A stretch of 64,000 nt of DNA, taken from a virus. The translations under genes and the position numbers were made by a program. This document shows, one piece after another, positions 18,989-29,183 of this stretch (position 1 is its first letter; each line of letters starts with the position of its first letter). Location: the IMG/VR virus record IMGVR_UViG_3300025889_017816, positions 32,001 through 96,000 of that record. The stretch is one strand, 5' to 3'. The notes beneath the pieces were generated by a model that had not been told where the DNA came from, did not search any database, and saw only the letters and a program-made list of their open reading frames with translations.

Positions 18989-21900
18989 TTAGATGAGGTC
19001 GTCACTTTGTTGATTGTATGTCCAGGATGTACCAGTTGTACTCATATGACTTTCCGAACCCAACGATGTACCACCAGATCCAGTCTTTGGACTGGTCTTA
19101 GGTGTTTCAACCACAGGAGCAGGCGAATCAACAGGTAACACCGGTTTTACTGCCTCTACCGGAACTACCGGTGTTGAAGTCACGGTTGTTGGTAGTGCTA
19201 TACTTTCTTTTACTATTGGTAGTTTAGGATTACTTACTGGTGTAGTTGATCTATCTATCTTAACCGCCTTAGATACAATTATTTCAGGTTCAACAGGTGT
19301 AGCCTTTGCTATCTTGATTGGTGGAGTCTTTGGTAGAAATACACGGTTAACAACTTTTTTAACTATATCTCTCTGTGCTATTTCTGCTTTATCCATCTGT
19401 TTTAATATTGGTGTATTTAAAGGCTTGGAATCATCACGGTCAACCTTTGCTGCCACTATAACCGGAGGTTCGGGTAAATCACGATGATCAAACCATATAT
19501 CTTCTGAAGGAGATAATATTATTTCACCCTCATATCCATAAATTACGGTTTCTGTAACTTTGACTGCCTCAGAAGCATATGGGTTTTCCGTATATACTGA
19601 ATGTGTGTAAGGTAGAGTTGCAATAGTTCCATTTGATACAGTAGAAATCAAATCAGGTCTAAGTGCAGTAGCTAACGTTGCTGTCGATAATCCTGCATAT
19701 GTAATTACACCAGATGAGGATGATGTTCCTCCTGAAACAGTATAACTTGTTTCAGCAAAAGTACCTGTAACTGAAGTTAGGTATAATCTAATCCATTTAT
19801 AACTGATGTTTCTTGCAATTTGTACTGCATGTTCTAATTTGCCTGTGGCAAGCGATGTTGCTTGTGTAATAGTTTCGCCTTTAGTAAACTGAGCCTCAGC
19901 AACGGGTTGTCTGATTACGATTTGCGCATCAGCAGGAGCTCTGTATATATTACTTGAGGATGAAAATTCTAGTTCTAAAGGATCTGAATCAATCTTTGCT
20001 GTTAGTACACCGTTTCCAACTGTGCAACGATTAGTACCGTTTGTGTAATCTAACTTTGTTCCTCTTTCAAACGAATCAACTAAAATACCATTTTTAAATC
20101 TTTCATTTCCTGAATCATTATAAAGAAGAGCATTAATAGTTTTTTGTTCTAAGAAAGATAGTTTGGTATATTTTTCTAAGTTTGTTAATCTTGTGTCAAT
20201 CTCACCAATATCAGACATGGTGTATCTACGTTGTTGTTCTGAGGCAGAGAATCCAGCCTTGTATGCTTTTCTTCCTATTTGCCCTGCAGCCTTAGGAGAC
20301 ATAGCAGGATATGGTGGAAGAGTAAGAATTCCCAAATCCATTGAATTTGCTGGTTGCAATGGAATTTCAGGGACAACTGCTGCTGTACCTGTAACTGATT
20401 TAAACACACCTTCTGTATCTAAAACAACACGATCTATTCTTGGGATGTTCCAAGAAATAGGTGTAGTAAATTCTTCTTCTGGATGTGGGAAGTATGTAGG
20501 GGTGAATCCAGTAAATGATTTATTAGAATTGGTGTATCCTGAAGGATTGATAGTAGATGATGTTAAAATTGTAGTTGTTACTGCTGTTGCAGCAACAGTA
20601 AATCTAAAATCAATATTATTTCTTAGATCATAAAGAACACCGTTCTGTGCTTCATATGTTGGAATCTCATACCAATAAATTTCACCTGACGCAGGATTAT
20701 CACCCTGTGTAGGTAATGGGTATGAATCTACACAAAAATATGCACCTGCGTTATGTTCAAAATGATCTACACGAACAACATATCTTCTGTATTCAGCAAA
20801 GGTTCCACGTATTACACCTAAGTTGTAGTTATCATCTTCCTGACCATTTGTAACAGTAAAATTGTTAGTTCTGTCTGTACCAGAAGTATTAATTGCTGCC
20901 CAATTCGAAGTAGAAGCACCCGCCTTAATATAATCCACTTTGAACAAATCATATAAACCTAACGAAGGTTCACTACCTTTAGGGAATGATTTTGTAGCAA
21001 GGTCCCAACTAGGATGTGCAACTGTAAAGAAATTAGTTCCTGATGCAGTAGGTGTTCCTGGAATAGTAGTATCACAAGTTACAATATATCTTGTAGTGCT
21101 ACCAGGACCACTGTTATCTGTGCTAAATGAAGCAACAGTTCCTAAATTAGTAGTTCCGTTATAAACAATATTATCTACAGGACATTCTTCAGCCGTGACC
21201 TGTGAACTACTCCATGTAGTTGCAGCAGCTGCTGTTGGGAAGGCCCAAATTAAATTAGAACCGGAATCACTAGCATCCATGTAGTTACCTTGTGTGAAGA
21301 ATTGGTAACTATTGCCTGTGCCTGTTAGATTAATTGCGGTTCCTGCTGTTGCATTAGCTGAACTTGTTGCCAATTTAATTGTATTTGAATCAACAACAAT
21401 AACATAATATGTTGTTCCATCAGTCAAACCACCTAAAACTGTACCTTCTGCAGCATAGTAAACTAAAGAATTTGTAACTGAAAATCCATGTGAAGTCCAA
21501 GCAATTGTATCATTGGTTGTAGAAACATCACCAGTAGAGATTACTTTGTGTAATAAACCCAACTTTGCAGAAGTTTGTAATCTTACAAATCTATCTTCTC
21601 TCAAAGTTTTAGTTCTAGCAACAACATCGGATCGTACTACACTAACAATAATAGTTACTGTTGCACCTGCGTCTAATGTTGTCGTTCCATAAATGTCAAC
21701 AGTTAATGATGTTGAAGTTATGCTAGTTACACCATTATTAGTTGCTGTTAAATCTACAATCTGACCTGCTGTATATACAGTAGTAGCTCCTGAAGTATGT
21801 GTAACATTGGTTTCGGTGATAACAACAATTTCAGAATTAATTGTTGCATTCATAGCAGAGTTAAAAGCAAAAGTTTCATCACCACTCAAAGTAACGGTTA

Positions 21901-23494
21901 CTCTACCATCAGTCCCTACACTTTGTCCAGCAAATACTTTTCTGTAAATAAAACTATTATCTAACGTGTCAGGTTGTAATGATTTTACATAATCATATGA
22001 TGTAGGAAAAATTAATGGAGCAAATCCTGTTTCCTTTAATTCATAATCCGTCCCCTGAACGTCAGCATGAAAATCAGGTGAACCATTGTAATAAACACCA
22101 CGAACATCACCAATAGAACCAGCAACCATTTCAATATCATACAAATATAATCTGTATTTACAGGCAGCTGCACCTGATGTTCCTGAGATATATTCTAAGT
22201 TTGCAATTCTGGCTGTTCCGATTTCTGAACCTGGAGCAGAAGCACCTGAAAAAGTAGTTGCTGTTACTGCGCCTGCTGCAGCACTTCTCAGAGAAACTAC
22301 TGATCCATCCATAGGAGGCGGACCAGCAACTTCATCAACAATTAAATAATTTCCGTATGCAGTAGAAACACGAAGATTAGTTTGTGATAAACTATCCGTT
22401 GGTTTGTCAACATCTAGATATTTTGTTGCATTTAATTCATACTCATATCCACGAACATATGCTTTTCCTGGTTCTATACCTACAGCCAACTTACCTGCAT
22501 CACCACCTTGACCAGAAGTATATACACCACCATTTTCACCATTAACTAAATGTTCACGAATATGATACTTGAAAGGCACAATTACATAATCACCTGATTC
22601 ATCATATGTTCTACGAGCAAGTGTTCTATTTAACTCTGCATATTGTGTTCTGTCATATCTGCGACTAATTTCACCTGATTGTACTTCATAAAGTATAGAG
22701 AAATTTTCAACTAATTCATTAACTCCATATGCAGCTAATGTGGTTGATAATTTAAATCTATCAGCACCTTGTGCTGTGTAATTGAAAGCACCTTGTGCAG
22801 GATCTAATAATGTTTCATCATCTTCTGAGTCAACAATAGTTTCATTTACTAAGAACCCAACTTTTTTTGTTGGTGATGAACTAAATGGTTCAAGAATAAT
22901 GGTTTGTGTGTAATGTCTGATAAAATTACCGTTTGCATAAACTACACCATCACCTACAGTAAATAAAGAACCTTTTGTGATGGGAGAAGCTGCGCTATCA
23001 GCAACCACAACAGTTATATCTGTGTCATCTTCCTGTGTTAAAGTTTCACCTGCAGCAAACGTACTTGTGGTTCCTGAATCACCCTGAGAAAGATATTGTA
23101 AGAACAAACCCTTAAATGCTGATTGTCCTAAATCATCTCTACCTGTTTTAACTTTTTTAACTAATGCTCTAACATTATCAGTTGCTCCTACTAAAACTTT
23201 CCCAACTAAAGCATTTAATGCTGCATCAGAAATTGTTGCACTTGAACTATCTAAGTCTTTAATTTTAACTACATCTACATCGAAATTTGTAGATTCAGGA
23301 CAACCTGAAATTACACTACCTTCCTTAAATATATTATCACCAAATCTTTTGATTTGATCTTGGAGGATAGTTTGTAATTGTGTTAATTCTCTAGCCTGTA
23401 CGGCATATCCTGGCTTGAAAAGAACTTTATGAAAATTCTTGTCAAGATCAAAATCGTCGTAGTAAGGATATGTATTTAAGTTTAGCTTAGCCAT
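18989..23494 (-). CDS. Large virion structural protein, N-terminal half of a VrlC/DUF4815-like protein
   Basis: NLN.YPYYDDFD..KNFHKVLFKPG.AVQARELTQLQ, ARRTYDESGDY, PGKAYVRGYE, RYTM.DI, RFKNG.LVD.F. Confidence 0.8.
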   Translation of the reverse strand: MAKLNLNTYPYYDDFDLDKNFHKVLFKPGYAVQARELTQLQTILQDQIKRFGDNIFKEGSVISGCPESTNFDVDVVKIKDLDSSSATISDAALNALVGKVLVGATDNVRALVKKVKTGRDDLGQSAFKGLFLQYLSQGDSGTTSTFAAGETLTQEDDTDITVVVADSAASPITKGSLFTVGDGVVYANGNFIRHYTQTIILEPFSSSPTKKVGFLVNETIVDSEDDETLLDPAQGAFNYTAQGADRFKLSTTLAAYGVNELVENFSILYEVQSGEISRRYDRTQYAELNRTLARRTYDESGDYVIVPFKYHIREHLVNGENGGVYTSGQGGDAGKLAVGIEPGKAYVRGYEYELNATKYLDVDKPTDSLSQTNLRVSTAYGNYLIVDEVAGPPPMDGSVVSLRSAAAGAVTATTFSGASAPGSEIGTARIANLEYISGTSGAAACKYRLYLYDIEMVAGSIGDVRGVYYNGSPDFHADVQGTDYELKETGFAPLIFPTSYDYVKSLQPDTLDNSFIYRKVFAGQSVGTDGRVTVTLSGDETFAFNSAMNATINSEIVVITETNVTHTSGATTVYTAGQIVDLTATNNGVTSITSTSLTVDIYGTTTLDAGATVTIIVSVVRSDVVARTKTLREDRFVRLQTSAKLGLLHKVISTGDVSTTNDTIAWTSHGFSVTNSLVYYAAEGTVLGGLTDGTTYYVIVVDSNTIKLATSSANATAGTAINLTGTGNSYQFFTQGNYMDASDSGSNLIWAFPTAAAATTWSSSQVTAEECPVDNIVYNGTTNLGTVASFSTDNSGPGSTTRYIVTCDTTIPGTPTASGTNFFTVAHPSWDLATKSFPKGSEPSLGLYDLFKVDYIKAGASTSNWAAINTSGTDRTNNFTVTNGQEDDNYNLGVIRGTFAEYRRYVVRVDHFEHNAGAYFCVDSYPLPTQGDNPASGEIYWYEIPTYEAQNGVLYDLRNNIDFRFTVAATAVTTTILTSSTINPSGYTNSNKSFTGFTPTYFPHPEEEFTTPISWNIPRIDRVVLDTEGVFKSVTGTAAVVPEIPLQPANSMDLGILTLPPYPAMSPKAAGQIGRKAYKAGFSASEQQRRYTMSDIGEIDTRLTNLEKYTKLSFLEQKTINALLYNDSGNERFKNGILVDSFERGTKLDYTNGTNRCTVGNGVLTAKIDSDPLELEFSSSSNIYRAPADAQIVIRQPVAEAQFTKGETITQATSLATGKLEHAVQIARNISYKWIRLYLTSVTGTFAETSYTVSGGTSSSSGVITYAGLSTATLATALRPDLISTVSNGTIATLPYTHSVYTENPYASEAVKVTETVIYGYEGEIILSPSEDIWFDHRDLPEPPVIVAAKVDRDDSKPLNTPILKQMDKAEIAQRDIVKKVVNRVFLPKTPPIKIAKATPVEPEIIVSKAVKIDRSTTPVSNPKLPIVKESIALPTTVTSTPVVPVEAVKPVLPVDSPAPVVETPKTSPKTGSGGTSLGSESHMSTTGTSWTYNQQSDDLI

Positions 23495-23499
23495 AGTAC

Positions 23500-26187
23500 C
23501 TAAAAGTTGATAAAGAATTTGAGTGTTTCAGTTTGTCCGGTTGTTCTAACTATAGGAGATATATTTGTTAAATGAATTACATCTCCAGAATTTTGTGAAA
23601 TTTCAGGGGTTGTTAATGTAGTAATTGACAACGTGGGGACACCTGTAGTTTCATTTCTTAAAATACTTGTTTGTTGTATACTATTTATCACAGGTTGCAA
23701 ATAGATTGTATTATCTTTAACATACACCACCGTGAATATACCACCTGAATCAGTAGTGATATTATCATCTAAATTATACTGCGAACCATCCGGCACGGTT
23801 ATAACGTAGCAACCATTTCCTGTGGCAGATGAAAACACAGTAGAACTATTATATCCTTTAATATTTTTAATTATTCCGTATTGTCTAAAATCATTATTTA
23901 AGAAAAAGTCACTTTGGAAATCTTCTATATTAGCTATGATAGCTACTTTTGTTGCAAACAATTCTTGAGGAACATTTGAACCATGTCCACCTTGAGGTGA
24001 AATAGTTGCCTTTGCTGTAGCACCAGTTCCTATACCTGTAAAAGATATATCTGCATAAGTGTAACCAGTACCACCATCAGTGACTTGAATGGAAGTAATA
24101 GCACCAGCTGCAACTGTTGCTACTGCTGCAGCACCAGAACCATCACCTTTAATAACCACACTAGTAGAATTACCACCAGTATTAGAATATCCAGAACCAC
24201 CAGCTGTTACTTCTATTTTATTAATTTGACCATTAACAGCCACAGCATATCCTGCCACATTTTGATTTACAATACTAGGAAGATCGGTTGTTTCTAATGT
24301 TGCTACTGCTGAAGCTCCGGTTCCTCCCCCACCATAAAAATATACAAATGCAAAACTATATCCTACACCACCCGAGGTAATCGTTAATGTATCTAAAAGT
24401 CCTGCAGGGGTAATACTTGCTGTTGCTGTTGCTCCATTACCATCACCTAATATTATAACATTAGGAGCAGAAGTATAACCCGATCCAACACCAGTTATTG
24501 TAATATCTGAAACTGTTCCATTATGATCAAATCTTGAAGAGGTACCATAAAATTTAACAGGGATATAATCGGTTGTCAAGAACTTAGTTCTGTCAGCAGA
24601 AGGCACTTCATATATTAACTGCCAGGTATACCCATCAGACAAAACTTTAGGTCCTGCGTCAGAATGTGCGGGTTTAACTGTTGATTGACCACCACTATTA
24701 TTATCTAAGCACTTATATATTCTGTAATTATCTGGATTATAAACATAAAAGTTAAGAGAAGATATGTTTGCATTATCGGCATATTCAGCATAAACCGTAC
24801 CTGAAACCCAATCTCTTCTAGTTACAATTAATGAAACATCACTTGGGTTAATTTTTTTAACACCTAAAATAGATCTTTTAGCTTCAGAATCCGTAACTCT
24901 TGTATCTGTAGGTGTAGGTGGAGATACTTCATTTGTCCAAGCTAAAGGTCTTCCTAAAAATACATGAAAATAATCATTAGGATTCAAGAAATTTGTAATA
25001 GAAAAAGTATTAATAGTTACAGTTTGATTTAAAGGACCTGTTAATGTAAAGGTACCTGGAATAACAACTTCAGAAATTGGTATTTCTGTTCCTGCATTTG
25101 CATTAGATAAACTTGTAGCTAATTGTATATTATAATTATCATTTTTAATGATAAAATAATTAGTACCGTTAGTCAATCCATTTATAGCAGTAGACCCAGT
25201 AACAGAATAAGTTATTTCATCACCTGTAACTAATGTATGATTTGGTATATGTATTTTATCATTTGCTAAATCTAATGGAAAATCATCCAATCTAACTAAT
25301 TGAAAATCATTACCAGAACCAGTAGAAGTTATATTTACTTTGGTGCCTGCAATTGCGTTAGACAATGATGTTGCTAAAGACAAAGTATTATCTGCAACAT
25401 CAATAACATAATAAGTTGTATCGTCAACCAATCCACCAGGTACTGTACCTGAATTTACATAAAAATGTACACGATCACCTGTGTTAAAACCGTGTGCATA
25501 TATTGATATTCTATCATAAGATGTGTCTATAATAGTATCAGAAAATGTTTTTGTAGTTAAAGGAACTAATAGAAAATTAGACCCAGAAGGACCTCCAGCT
25601 AAATTAATTCTTTTGCTTATATCACCAGATGTAGCTCTTGCATAACCACTACCAGTACCTGAACCAGTTGCTTCTGCTAAGGCAACAACATCTGCTTCGT
25701 CTCTTATTGCCCAATATCTTGTATTATTTGTTAAATTAGTTATGCCTGCGCTTGCTCCATTTTCCAAGTAAAGAACAACATCACCTGAGTTTAATCCATG
25801 AGCAGTAATGTCAATTTCATTATTTGGGAGATCAACTGCAGTGTCTGCAAATTTTAATGCAGTAACTTGAAAAGTTGTGGTTGAACTACCTATAGCATCA
25901 TCTAACGTAATGCTAGTTCCATTTGTAGCAGTATAAGCTGAAGAATTAACTTTCACGCCATCTAGAAATACTTCTACTCTTCCTGGTGTATAACGTAATG
26001 TTCTTCCATTAGTATCCGCACCTGAGAAAGTAACATCTCCCTCAGTGCCGTTATAGTCGAAAACATATCCGTCCAAAGTGGTGAGCGTGTTTAGCTCACC
26101 ACTTGGGACGTTAATATGGTTTACTATGTCTCTATGGAACGAACGAGCTAACTCGGTTCGGAACCTTATAGGTAGTAAAGAAGCCAT
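23500..26187 (-). CDS. gp8: Baseplate wedge subunit, extended
   Basis: FLGRP..W, R.DW.SGTVY, FYV...YRIYKCLDNN, DGYTWQ..Y, KFLT.DYIPV, ISPQGGHG, NDFRQ.GII. Confidence 0.8.
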   Translation of the reverse strand: MASLLPIRFRTELARSFHRDIVNHINVPSGELNTLTTLDGYVFDYNGTEGDVTFSGADTNGRTLRYTPGRVEVFLDGVKVNSSAYTATNGTSITLDDAIGSSTTTFQVTALKFADTAVDLPNNEIDITAHGLNSGDVVLYLENGASAGITNLTNNTRYWAIRDEADVVALAEATGSGTGSGYARATSGDISKRINLAGGPSGSNFLLVPLTTKTFSDTIIDTSYDRISIYAHGFNTGDRVHFYVNSGTVPGGLVDDTTYYVIDVADNTLSLATSLSNAIAGTKVNITSTGSGNDFQLVRLDDFPLDLANDKIHIPNHTLVTGDEITYSVTGSTAINGLTNGTNYFIIKNDNYNIQLATSLSNANAGTEIPISEVVIPGTFTLTGPLNQTVTINTFSITNFLNPNDYFHVFLGRPLAWTNEVSPPTPTDTRVTDSEAKRSILGVKKINPSDVSLIVTRRDWVSGTVYAEYADNANISSLNFYVYNPDNYRIYKCLDNNSGGQSTVKPAHSDAGPKVLSDGYTWQLIYEVPSADRTKFLTTDYIPVKFYGTSSRFDHNGTVSDITITGVGSGYTSAPNVIILGDGNGATATASITPAGLLDTLTITSGGVGYSFAFVYFYGGGGTGASAVATLETTDLPSIVNQNVAGYAVAVNGQINKIEVTAGGSGYSNTGGNSTSVVIKGDGSGAAAVATVAAGAITSIQVTDGGTGYTYADISFTGIGTGATAKATISPQGGHGSNVPQELFATKVAIIANIEDFQSDFFLNNDFRQYGIIKNIKGYNSSTVFSSATGNGCYVITVPDGSQYNLDDNITTDSGGIFTVVYVKDNTIYLQPVINSIQQTSILRNETTGVPTLSITTLTTPEISQNSGDVIHLTNISPIVRTTGQTETLKFFINF

Positions 26188-26190
26188 TTA

Positions 26191-26649
26191 TTATGCTAGT
26201 GTTACTGTCCAAGTAATAGTCATTGCGTCAGCAGCGCCTTTGTTAACAGTTGAGAAAACTGTACGGCAAAGCATTGTACCTCCTGAAGCAGCATTGAAAA
26301 TACCTGCCTCAGTTAATGCGCCTGTGCCTGTACCTGCTGGGAATGTGCAAATATATTCAATTGAATCGTCTGTACTGCTTGATGTTGCTTGGTTTGATGA
26401 TGTAAGAGATGTACGAGAAGCAGCAACAGCAGCACCTAATGCTGTATCAGTAACAGCGGCTGCAGTAGAATTTGTACCTACTTCCATGTGTGACATAACA
26501 GCTTGACCTGTACCAATCATACGCTCAGTAATGAACTGCAAACCTACATCTGTAACAACGTTAGGAACATGATGCTCTTCCTTAACATTGCCATTTTCGT
26601 CGTGAAGGACAATCTTCAAACTGCCCTTTGCTTTTAATGTGTCTTTCAT
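26191..26649 (-). CDS. Hypothetical virion/baseplate protein
   Basis: NVVT..G...I..R, TEAGIFNA.SGGTML.R, ITWTVT resemble tail-collar/fibre attachment proteins. Confidence 0.6.
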   Translation of the reverse strand: MKDTLKAKGSLKIVLHDENGNVKEEHHVPNVVTDVGLQFITERMIGTGQAVMSHMEVGTNSTAAAVTDTALGAAVAASRTSLTSSNQATSSSTDDSIEYICTFPAGTGTGALTEAGIFNAASGGTMLCRTVFSTVNKGAADAMTITWTVTLA

Positions 26650-26675
26650 TTTTGCCTCTAAAAGTTTAAGTTAAA

Positions 26676-29183
26676 TTAAAATATGTAAGTTGTTCCAACA
26701 TATTGTTCTGCGAAATACTCAGGTGAGTATGAATTATTGAATATTTCTCCACCAGCATCGGTCGCAGTGGCCGAATCAGAGAGAGATTTATTAGTATTTA
26801 TAACACTATTTTCTGATGTTGAAGCAGCATCAGAAACACTTCTACTGAAGGAAATTGCAGGTGAATCTGTTACTGAAACATCATCTTGTAGATCAGATGT
26901 TACGTCATCTTGTTGATCAAAAGTATAACTTATACCAGAATCGGTTACTGTAACTGTATCAGTAAGATTTACTGGTATAACCACTAAGGTTGATACATTT
27001 TCTGAAGTTGTTACAGTCTCAGTAAACGGTACGTTAATAGATTTAACTGGTGAATCTGTGACTGATATATCTTCTTGAAGATCTGAAGATATATCATTTT
27101 CCTGATAGAAATGTTTTTGTACATTCTCTGAAACAGGTATTGTTTCAGTTATATTTTTTGCAATATTTAATGAATCAACAGCTTCGGAAGTTGTTACAGA
27201 TTCGGTAAATGGTACGTTAATAGATTTAGCTGGAGAATCTGAAACAGTTGAATTATCACTTATAGGTGTACTAAATGATTTTGCGTCAGATTCAGAAGAT
27301 GTGACCGTATCAGACAATACCTTATCTAATTGGAATACACTATTTTCAGAAACTGCAATATCTTCCTGTAGATCAGATGTTAAGTCATCTTCCTGTGCAA
27401 ATTCATATCTAGATGATTCTGTAACCGCAACTGTTTCTGAAGAAGCAATCACATTTAAGGATTTAATTACACTTTCAGAAACCGTAATATTTTCCTGTAG
27501 ATCAGAGGTTACGTCATCTTCTTGAATGAATTGTTTTCCGACATTTTCTGATACAACAATTGATTCGGAAACATTTAGATTAAAAATCTTTACTTCAGAT
27601 TCGGAAACCGATACAGATTCCGATTTTTCTAATGATGTTGAAATAGAATCTACTTCAGAAGAAGTTACCGTTTCAAAGAACTCTCGCAAGTAAGTTAGAG
27701 TAACTTCTTCTGAATCTGTAACCGTAGCAGAATCAGAAATTGGTCTAGTTAAAGACTTAGCATCAGATTCAGAAACCGTAACTGTATCCGAGGCTTCTAA
27801 GAAAACATGATAATCAACTTCAGTAATACTGGATGTTACTGAAGGTGTTACTGAGATCTCACCTTCCAAATTCAATTCAGAAAACAACTTAAATCCAGCA
27901 GGGTGAGTGCTTTCTAAGAATGTAGTATCCCAGTCGTTTCTTTGTTTTGATGATGATACTACATAGGAATATGGTTGATAATAATCATAGTCCTGTAAAT
28001 GAATATTACTTGATAAGAATCCTTCATTATTTTTGAATTCACCAGGCGCATGATATACTAAACCAGTATTGAATGTAACAGTTGCGGATGACCCTGTAAT
28101 TCTTGGTTCAAATTCAATAGTAAATGTTTTTACAGGTTCTCCCGAATCATCACGGAAAGCAAATTTTTCACCTGTATCAATAATGGCTAATCTCTTTAAC
28201 AATCCAACGGTTGTTGCCTCAGCATAATCTCCCGTCAAAACATAATCTTCAGCAAAATATGTTGCCGAAGATCTTTTTCCTGTTTTTGTAACACGAACAA
28301 TTGCATTATTTTGTATCAAATCATAAACATATGCATCAGCGCCTGTTAGTATTTCTGTATAATCTCCAGCAAAATAAAGACCCTCAACACCTGTTTCACT
28401 AATAAAATATGAATCATCTCTAACAAAACTTGAACCTTCATCATCAACTTTAGATATAGAAACTAACTGTTTGGTTATAGAACCATATGTAACCCCTGCT
28501 TTTTCAACATAAACATGAGTATCATGGCTTCCTAATGATGTTGTTAAATTAGAATCTAAAGAAATATAATCAGGCCACGCATAGTCTGGATCTAAATCTA
28601 CTTCTAATTGATAGATGTTAGGACGAGTCCTAAAAACATCATAACATCTAGTAGTTACAGTTCTTTCAATATTTCCTGCACCTGGAATAAATTCCAAATA
28701 TCTTAATGTAATTATGGAAGCATTTAAGGCATAGATGTTGTTACTAGAAAAATTAGTATTGTTTACTTTAATAAACTTTTTTCTTCTCCAACGACCATCA
28801 GAAGCACGAAGTATATAATCACCGGGATACGTTACTGATGCTGTATCGTTGAACATGAAACGGAAAAACATTTCCGTAGAATTTTCTGAACCTTTAGATT
28901 CATAATATTGATTGATATACTTTACTAGCTTTCTCGTAGAAAGCTCAATTTGATCGGAGAATTCATTTGCAAATTGTTTTCTAAACTCAGGAATAAAAAC
29001 ATCTAATGTAGCATCAATGTCCATCCAGTCGTCAGAATTAAGAAGATAATAATGCGATTGTCCGGATTTTTCCATCCATGTGTAATAATGTTCTAGGAAG
29101 GTGACAAAATCAGGGTACTCGGCCCTTACGAAATCAGGGAGCTGCCCTGAAATTAAATGATGCAGTTTCTTCCTAATAGACAT
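26676..29183 (-). CDS. gp7: Baseplate wedge initiator-like protein with acidic Ser/Thr-rich repeat C-terminus
   Basis: QLPDFV..EY..FV.FL..YY, YESKGS, ILRASDGRW, LQD.DYYQ.YSYV, HPAGFKLF; between gp6 and gp8. Confidence 0.72.
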   Translation of the reverse strand: MSIRKKLHHLISGQLPDFVRAEYPDFVTFLEHYYTWMEKSGQSHYYLLNSDDWMDIDATLDVFIPEFRKQFANEFSDQIELSTRKLVKYINQYYESKGSENSTEMFFRFMFNDTASVTYPGDYILRASDGRWRRKKFIKVNNTNFSSNNIYALNASIITLRYLEFIPGAGNIERTVTTRCYDVFRTRPNIYQLEVDLDPDYAWPDYISLDSNLTTSLGSHDTHVYVEKAGVTYGSITKQLVSISKVDDEGSSFVRDDSYFISETGVEGLYFAGDYTEILTGADAYVYDLIQNNAIVRVTKTGKRSSATYFAEDYVLTGDYAEATTVGLLKRLAIIDTGEKFAFRDDSGEPVKTFTIEFEPRITGSSATVTFNTGLVYHAPGEFKNNEGFLSSNIHLQDYDYYQPYSYVVSSSKQRNDWDTTFLESTHPAGFKLFSELNLEGEISVTPSVTSSITEVDYHVFLEASDTVTVSESDAKSLTRPISDSATVTDSEEVTLTYLREFFETVTSSEVDSISTSLEKSESVSVSESEVKIFNLNVSESIVVSENVGKQFIQEDDVTSDLQENITVSESVIKSLNVIASSETVAVTESSRYEFAQEDDLTSDLQEDIAVSENSVFQLDKVLSDTVTSSESDAKSFSTPISDNSTVSDSPAKSINVPFTESVTTSEAVDSLNIAKNITETIPVSENVQKHFYQENDISSDLQEDISVTDSPVKSINVPFTETVTTSENVSTLVVIPVNLTDTVTVTDSGISYTFDQQDDVTSDLQDDVSVTDSPAISFSRSVSDAASTSENSVINTNKSLSDSATATDAGGEIFNNSYSPEYFAEQYVGTTYIF

